Part shown: positions 60,601 through 64,000 of the stretch, piece by piece
Layout: the number at the start of each line of letters is the position of its first letter
Numbering within the stretch: position 1 is the first letter of the stretch
From: a virus
Lineage: Duplodnaviria > Heunggongvirae > Uroviricota > Caudoviricetes
Reading direction: 5' to 3' (one strand)
Virus record (IMG/VR): IMGVR_UViG_2925939204_000001
Length of the DNA stretch: 64,000 nt
The notes under the pieces: generated by a model
What the model was told of the DNA's origin: nothing
Databases searched by the model: none
Seen by the model: only the letters and a program-made list of their open reading frames with translations
Position numbers and translations under genes: made by a program

Positions 60601-61590
60601 TGGATGGCTGGGCGTGGTCTGTCAGGTCGTTCGCTTAATAAAGTCACTTCTGAAGATATTCTTAGCTTGTTCCGCAAACCGTCCGGAGAAGGTCTGGAAT
60701 CATTCTGGAGGACCGTGCTGGCATACCGTTTATTCCAGGGCAGGATGAAAGCCTTTAGCAATATCGATGATATTGAACGGATGTTTAATCAGGTCAAGAT
60801 CGCGAAAATTAAGGCGAAGATCGAAAAAACACGTTCTGCGCTGGTGGCCTGGCGCGATGCATTGTTTGAGCAATATAAATCACTCAGTGATGCAGATGGA
60901 TGGGCGGCATTGGAACAGCTGGCGAATAATGGGGTAGATGGAGCTAAACTCGCCATTGTTCAGGCTGATAACCCCCTGGAATCACCGGCAGCACAGTGGA
61001 TTAAGGTGGGGGCTGTCATCAATGCATTTGATGAAAAACACATTAGTAAGGACGATTTTGCTGATGCTGTTTCTGTTAATCGCCTGGTAGAAATGGCTAC
61101 CCGCCGCGCCCGTGAGTTGAAAGACGGCGACTATGTGAATGAGTTGCCGGATACGCTCAAATCGGCAACGTGGCAGGACTATGTATCGCTGAAAAACGGC
61201 GGGGCCACTGAATCAGAGATCGCGGAAAGGCTTGAGCAGGCTGAAAGCAAAAGAGAAGAGCAGGCGGCAGTGGCTGAAGCCAGAGCTGATGAAGCGGCGA
61301 ATGATGACTATATCATTGTGGTTAATGATAAGCCGATTCGCGCTAAGGCGCGTGTTCGCGGGCGCTGGTGGAGCGTCAGCGAGGACGTTGGCGCGGTTTA
61401 TCTCATTGCCGACCAACCAGGTTCCTCGACAATACGGAACGCCAAAGACGCGATTAAGAAGATTGGCGGGCGTTTCTGGAATTTTGAAGCAAACCCGGTT
61501 GCTGATGTGAACTTTGACCGTCCTGCATGGATGGTATCTACGCGTTACTCGGTAGATGAACTGCGTAAAATAATCGCCGATGCGGCCTAA
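54679..61590 (+). CDS. darB: giant DarB-like methyltransferase-helicase (candidate packaged anti-restriction protein)
   Basis: N-terminal MTase motifs VLEPSAGTGIF and GNVPFG; helicase motifs GFGTGLGKTT, DEGHNYRN, LTATPLVNSP, QRNGRGAR; start may be the TTG at about 54754 after AGAGGGGGA. Confidence 0.7.
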   Translation: MKITFSIPSQPYRIAEFLRFRGGNPLDKLLHSISEASSLGELIEIVSRLHKLRAVATFGVRKADGVSIQKTRRAANNAAVNLLNSLPPGFDGAKLTDEQRQILAGYTGEGGLTDGEGSQYEYYTPQFMAEGIWDLFADYGIDGGHVLEPSAGTGIFQETKRQGMIMTSAELSPISGRINQLLHPEDDVNIGAFEALAAKDAMYDHAVGNVPFGEGRSGVAGLDPAYANEKNVGNYFVLRTIDKVKPGGLIVLVVPNGMTDGAKYKKLRDKVSRKAEFLGAHRMPSGTFSESGTDTVVDVWVLRKHPEAFLEMIPDTDDSTLKSANVLWDTFLKGKWFTTEGKRFVYGDMERTSFRNTLVVKKDGRVSNESMKTALSRRFDSRINWDLLGVTTQAWQGAKVGDKRLVGGIWHEFDGLKWVKDTTTKSSALDVSRYGVSTFGDLQIAFQSTNGILALSWDQISAIASDYPSVVSDEVAAMIRFAGKQREKDRERVMRGALIGQLINKALDLRNLGVNVDDKLADASRLAAAEVAKYGPPHAIKLNGLAEAGAKNWMTFTGNVKQDGSTSDLLAGRLDVTDGAAGIDFTRPEQVIAHLFSDVALNPITLGDFREAFAGELPEDDDAALEYLAKFDDIAIDGYGCLLPMDRATSGDVATKTALLVGWRDASTGEQKANFERQLAKIEEKRIFTPLNKVTVNLNARWLDRRLIKEFLAEQGYDEFKYTEPDLKVVDGILVSPDDYEGKDGVFTGYQLRTVNGKNGNEFKKANNKDGFLNQLENYLNGVKPRGQNANEYLDKIAQLEVSFNDWLRTHPQADQIARDYNDAFNGFIPFTHSDAPLGLEGISGKRIPLTYQNEEVRRLSEDGRGIMGFGTGLGKTTTALALEAYNFETGRTKRTCIVVPKAVYQNWYHEAQSFYSADAFANMMFIGLDEVRDDGGNILTAPVLDENGEPRLDSNGQPLTRNVVKESASAVIVQRMNMIPSSNWRTVIMTKEQFASIPLREKTIEENSQQAVFNAVEMGRLDLASGKHRDAQKKNKIKDQAANTGTTKKQNIPYFEDMNFDSVIADEGHNYRNSFNAGREAGQLAYLPNPAVSKMARDMAVKAAYMMKRNNGRGVVMLTATPLVNSPIDAFNMLSTVIPQEEWMRMGIVTPDDFVRVFGKTATVQVQKISGEVEEKQGLVGFQNLDGLRGIFHRWTTLKTAADVGATVKIPDIIENTLQIPMTGEQEAAYEELRKRAQELSRNDELTVDENGHITNDKPDDFIFSIIRDMDKVAIDPDLYASAITFQFPVELADKVKAIADALPKVAGGKVADDADEAEEDGAGGLVSTRTSKVVKTTFSAHPAHVEIRASIELEAEILKAIAAAGIDLQQVSHPIPPKYAALIENLREGLKNGKQIVFIDEKAQHQKLRRIIASALQMPEQEIGIINATTVSQAGGIKLKKVNKPTEPTPNKNGEYKEGAWETYYSKLAQYEDYLSAKNDAGLEGMEGIAADYNEGRTRIIICNKKAEVGINLHIGTTDIHHLTLPWTPASIDQRNGRGARVGSPQEKVNVHYYCGKGTFDDFRLDTLKRKKDWIKMVMTSDMSEIANGDADDADERAIMLAANPEERRAIMARQAQEREERLKLKAQREANNALDIYLKAANAAGKDIGMMETELKSAMEQIEYYQRNLDDLIKAGTNRNGQKYALEQLSSYRKRARVLRFAITRAKDADTIMKRSRGDVERAIKSGVLDISIDVIQNPQEYMRTDKNILLHKGSYYRAVIDDRETTAIVRVEKIDGEKAQYLCRIAWLDRASRYARAPGSIVTLPFDSVIEAVTFEEGVAESRATAARGVQCHQLSTILTRDQFYDAIRNGVMNVIAGKPGNAWGGGSAIKYWAYRTDDGQIALSSAYDGVIGQKIGRASDIAPERWIYPDGNDEALKREVAKIQASDNPLNIVDGEGFLQALYGYDYIQGMQAWGAQATMDDVAQEFENWMAGRGLSGRSLNKVTSEDILSLFRKPSGEGLESFWRTVLAYRLFQGRMKAFSNIDDIERMFNQVKIAKIKAKIEKTRSALVAWRDALFEQYKSLSDADGWAALEQLANNGVDGAKLAIVQADNPLESPAAQWIKVGAVINAFDEKHISKDDFADAVSVNRLVEMATRRARELKDGDYVNELPDTLKSATWQDYVSLKNGGATESEIAERLEQAESKREEQAAVAEARADEAANDDYIIVVNDKPIRAKARVRGRWWSVSEDVGAVYLIADQPGSSTIRNAKDAIKKIGGRFWNFEANPVADVNFDRPAWMVSTRYSVDELRKIIADAA

Positions 61591-61626
61591 CAGATAAGGA
61601 GCGGCCCCAACTGGGGCCGAATTTGA

Positions 61627-62061
61627 ATGACGACATTAATTGACACTGTAAAACAGACGGAATCCTACCTTGAGGACATTTTGCCGCAGGCGCTCAATGG
61701 CAGGAGTGAAGAGGCGTTTCTGGATGCATATCTGAAAGGCATGGTGGAAAGGCTGAAACGAGATCCACAGCTTTATCACCTTTATGGGCCGTGGTGGCCT
61801 GCGCTTAAAACGTTATTGCTGGAGCGCGGCGACATATCATTTGGACAAGTTGTAGATAGTGATGTGGCAGAGATCTACAAAATGAGTCGCCCGGCGCTTA
61901 CGGTTTTGGCTGGGCATCTGTATTCGAGCGATCGCCTGGAAAATGACGCGGTATACAATCCTGTTCATGCTCTGGAAGTCGCACCTTATGCCGATGATAC
62001 AGAGCCATACGTGTACACAAGTTACGACGAGTCTATAGAGAAATATCGAATTATGGGGTAG
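61627..62061 (+). CDS. hypothetical protein
   Basis: ORF track. Confidence 0.45.
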   Translation: MTTLIDTVKQTESYLEDILPQALNGRSEEAFLDAYLKGMVERLKRDPQLYHLYGPWWPALKTLLLERGDISFGQVVDSDVAEIYKMSRPALTVLAGHLYSSDRLENDAVYNPVHALEVAPYADDTEPYVYTSYDESIEKYRIMG

Positions 62062-62063
62062 CC

Positions 62064-62324
62064 ATGCGAAAGAATCGTAGGTTTACGGTCGAAGACCTAA
62101 AGGAATATTCCATATCGAAGGGGTATATCCTTGAGTTCCACCGATACAAGAAGGTTTTTACGCTGCGAAAAGCAGAAAACCCTGCGAACTGGAGCTGGAT
62201 ATACTTTCCTCACACCGATGATAAGTTGGTAGAACTTGTTGATGATTTAACCTATGAAGGTTGGTTGATCGCAATCGACAAGACAATCAAAGAATTATCC
62301 GAACAGGATAAAATAACCCTTTAA
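62064..62324 (+). CDS. hypothetical protein
   Basis: ORF track. Confidence 0.45.
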   Translation: MRKNRRFTVEDLKEYSISKGYILEFHRYKKVFTLRKAENPANWSWIYFPHTDDKLVELVDDLTYEGWLIAIDKTIKELSEQDKITL

Positions 62325-62327
62325 AAA

Positions 62328-62367
62328 TAACAGGTTGGGTAAATGCCATGCGATTTACCCAACCTGT
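62328..62367. terminator. perfect 16-bp-stem hairpin AACAGGTTGGGTAAAT-N8-ATTTACCCAACCTGTT
   Basis: Read directly; U-rich flank on the minus strand. Confidence 0.4.
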
Positions 62368-62460
62368 TGATTAAGGTCACTCTTTACTCTAAAAGCAAAT
62401 CCGACCTGTTGCATATAGACCATCCTTGAGTAGTATCTCTCTTGTTTTACAAATCTAACG

Positions 62461-62955
62461 TTGTTGTTATTATTTCGCATATTTACTATCAATGTGTGTG
62501 TTAGAAAAATAGCGCGAAAGAGAAGGCGTCGCAGTGAATATTCTGAAACATCCCCACATGCCGCAGCTCTTAGAGAACTGGAGAAAAACCCAGATCTAAT
62601 CAAAAGGAACCATGAGCATTACGAGCAGGTTCGCGTCCTGGACTGGATGTATCGCAATATGCGTTATGTGTATGAGCATACTCACGCCACTCCAAACGGT
62701 GGCCTGCGAGGCATAAGGACGGCAATAAAAATGGTGGCAGAGGGCCAAAAGAAGGGATATCCCGATCTTTCTATAGACCTTGCTTGTGGGGGATACCACG
62801 GAATGCGCATTGAGATGAAACATGGGAGAAATCGCCTGACTCCCGAACAACTCGTCTGGATGACTCGCCTCACAGAAGCCGGTTACTACTGCTTTGAGGC
62901 GCGCAGTGCCGCTGAAGCCATAAAAGCTATCACGGAGTATGTTTGTCTTGATTAA
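62461..62955 (+). CDS. VRR-NUC domain nuclease (PD-(D/E)xK); true start likely internal
   Basis: GYPDLSIDL...GMRIEMKHG motif pattern; operator-like TGTGTTAGAAAA at 62497-62508 upstream. Confidence 0.5.
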   Translation: MLLLFRIFTINVCVRKIARKRRRRSEYSETSPHAAALRELEKNPDLIKRNHEHYEQVRVLDWMYRNMRYVYEHTHATPNGGLRGIRTAIKMVAEGQKKGYPDLSIDLACGGYHGMRIEMKHGRNRLTPEQLVWMTRLTEAGYYCFEARSAAEAIKAITEYVCLD

Positions 62956-62969
62956 ACGGAGAAATCGTT

Positions 62970-63170
62970 TTGCGTTTACTTAACGTGGCAGAACTTATCC
63001 CTGCAGGAACTAATGCTATCGCTCGTCGTCGCTCATGGCAGCAGGCTCTATGTATTGAGATCTCGAAACGTATCAATGGAAGTTTTGAAGCTCGCAATAT
63101 TGTTACTGGCGATAAGGTTCACATAACCCCGGAAAGTGCAAGCGCTGATGATTGGGAGTTTGTACATTGA
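62970..63170 (+). CDS. hypothetical small protein
   Basis: ORF track. Confidence 0.4.
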   Translation: MRLLNVAELIPAGTNAIARRRSWQQALCIEISKRINGSFEARNIVTGDKVHITPESASADDWEFVH

Positions 63171-63466
63171 GCAAAAAATATTATGTGAGTCTGGCGTTCG
63201 CTGACGATGCGGGGAGGACGCGGAGTATCACGTTGAGCACACCGGTTAAGGCTGTGACAGCACCGTTAATCCGTGAAGCTCTCAGAGAGCTGGAATTGGG
63301 GGAAAACTCGGCACTGTTGTCGGTTAGTTGGTTCGGGAAAATGTCAGAGAAACAATACGTGGATGGAGTTACCCCAATAACAGTAATGAGGCTACTTTCA
63401 TTGCTGCAATGGGCCATCGTACCTGTATTTATCGCGTATCTTATTTATCAGGCTGCAACACAGTAA
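63152..63466 (+). CDS. small protein with C-terminal TM segment; start codon uncertain
   Basis: ORF track; hydrophobic C-terminus LLSLLQWAIVPVFIAYLIY. Confidence 0.35.
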   Translation: MGVCTLSKKYYVSLAFADDAGRTRSITLSTPVKAVTAPLIREALRELELGENSALLSVSWFGKMSEKQYVDGVTPITVMRLLSLLQWAIVPVFIAYLIYQAATQ

Positions 63467-63471
63467 TTGCA

Positions 63472-63500
63472 TAAAAACCCGCCAATTAGCGGGTTTTTTG
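63472..63500 (+). terminator. rho-independent terminator AAACCCGC-caatta-GCGGGTTT then TTTTG
   Basis: Read directly. Confidence 0.6.
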
Positions 63501-63579
63501 TTTATTGCATCTTCCGATACTGTCATCAAACTAATAAAATATGTTAGAAAACTAATTTAACAAAGTAACGGGAATAGCA

Positions 63580-64000
63580 ATGAGTCAACACACTGATACT
63601 TCTAATCTGGAAATTATCTCGACAGCAATTGAAACGCTGCGCACACAAATCGCTCTTATACAGAAACGGAATCCGGGTGATGACCTGTCAAAGCGACTGC
63701 ACGAGAGTGTCATTGCCACTACAGATAACCTGGTGGCGGAAATCAACAAGCTGCTTGATGATGGGGCAGTTGATTACAATAAGCTGGTGGATCAGTTTGA
63801 GGAATACCAACAAGCCGTTAATGATGGCTTGATCCGTTTTTCACAAGTCACAGGCGTATCAGCGACAGTTGAAAGCCTGGGTGATGCAGTTAATCAATTT
63901 GCCGCGAATATGCGTAATGAGATCGGCAATCTGGAAGCGCGTCTTGAACAGGCAAATACACTGCGTAAATCTGCCGAAGCCGATTTGAACCGTTACAAAA
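63580..64000 (+). CDS. coiled-coil protein, 5' part (runs off the window end)
   Basis: ATG at 63580, open to the window end; not in the ORF track because no stop is reached; preceded by an ATGTTAGAAAA motif. Confidence 0.45.
   Translation, partial: MSQHTDTSNLEIISTAIETLRTQIALIQKRNPGDDLSKRLHESVIATTDNLVAEINKLLDDGAVDYNKLVDQFEEYQQAVNDGLIRFSQVTGVSATVESLGDAVNQFAANMRNEIGNLEARLEQANTLRKSAEADLNRYK

Noticed and set aside
1-64000. CRISPR arrays, tRNA genes, integrase and attachment sites
   Set aside because: No spacer-repeat arrays (all tandem repeats are coding or iterons), no tRNA-like T-arm motifs found by eye, and no tyrosine or serine integrase apart from the truncated invertase; this fits an extrachromosomal plasmid prophage. 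A computational tRNA scan would be needed to exclude tRNAs fully.

Overview
This window reads as part of a P1-like temperate phage-plasmid: virion, lysis, immunity and anti-restriction genes sit beside plasmid maintenance genes, with no integrase or att site seen. All calls come from reading the sequence and ORF translations by eye; no searches were run, and coordinates of non-coding features are within a few bp. Maintenance: a RepE/Rep_3-like initiator (28603..29391) flanked by ~19-bp iterons, a ParA/RHH type I partition pair and an R1-type ParM/ParR pair with candidate centromere repeats. Phage genes: RdgC-like protein, a fused C5-cytosine + Dam-type methyltransferase, baseplate spike and PAAR proteins, a spanin pair, capsid/sheath/tube candidates, a 1401-aa tape-measure-like protein, a 996-aa repeat-rich tail fibre, a Dar-like gene set and a 2303-aa DarB-like methyltransferase-helicase. 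The most notable finding is two paralogous c4-like antisense-RNA/icd/ant immunity modules (about 19030..20521 and 52680..54085) whose RNA recognition elements differ by matched, compensatory changes, so they appear mutually heterospecific. Each module also carries a DUF2829 (Tad2-like) domain, fused to Ant in one and free-standing in the other. Other points: a near host-identical glnS as cargo, a higBA pair, an orphan HigA-like regulator next to an AT-rich membrane protein, an operator-like motif at eight or more sites, a decayed tail-fibre inversion switch, and a solo IS200/IS605 tnpB. Many structural genes are labelled by size, order and weak motif memory only.
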